From: Camelus dromedarius
Lineage: Eukaryota
Length of the DNA: 64,000 nucleotides
NCBI RefSeq assembly: GCF_036321535.1
Contig: NC_087436.1
Location: forward strand, 90,708,001-90,772,000
Direction: 5' to 3'
Both the position numbers and the translations under genes were made by a program. This document shows, piece after piece, positions 63,915-64,000 of this stretch (within the stretch, counting starts at the first letter, position 1; every line of letters begins with the position of its first letter). Below the pieces are notes generated by a model that worked only from the letters and a program-made list of their open reading frames with translations, searched no databases and was not told where the DNA came from.

Positions 63915-64000
63915 ATTCATTCATTTAACATTTACTGAATATCTGTTATGTGCCAGGCACAGTTCTGGGTTCTGAGCATACAGCAGGGAAGGAAAAAAAT
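63915..64000 (-). mobile_element. L2 3' terminus, reverse
   Basis: cattcattcatttaacatttactgaatatctgttatgtgccaggcacagttctggg. Confidence 0.88.

Overview
This is AT-rich, CpG-poor mammalian non-coding DNA, almost certainly from a camelid (alpaca, llama or camel). The evidence is a Vic-1-type tRNA-derived SINE at about 33.6 kb and three copies of a comparatively young L1 3' UTR. Roughly half of the window is decayed interspersed repeats: L1 of several ages, L2, MIR, MaLR/ERVL/ERV1 solo LTRs, and MER5/MER20/MER63 DNA transposons. I recognise no protein-coding gene, RNA gene, CRISPR array or intact autonomous element. The ORF track entries are L1 ORF1 debris or chance frames. The best leads are: (i) a + strand recursive-splice/RS-exon-like architecture at 50.86-51.12 kb; (ii) a TSD-flanked L1 whose 5' UTR and partial ORF1 are fused directly to the 3' end (35.0-37.3 kb); (iii) an AP-1/ARE/TEAD/RUNX motif cluster at about 26.0 kb; (iv) a CCAAT-GC-TATA-Inr arrangement at about 39.7-39.85 kb; and (v) several repeat-free blocks that may be conserved enhancers. 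Repeat subfamily names come from recalled consensus similarity, not a RepeatMasker run, and boundaries of old repeats are approximate. I found no convincing novel biological system.
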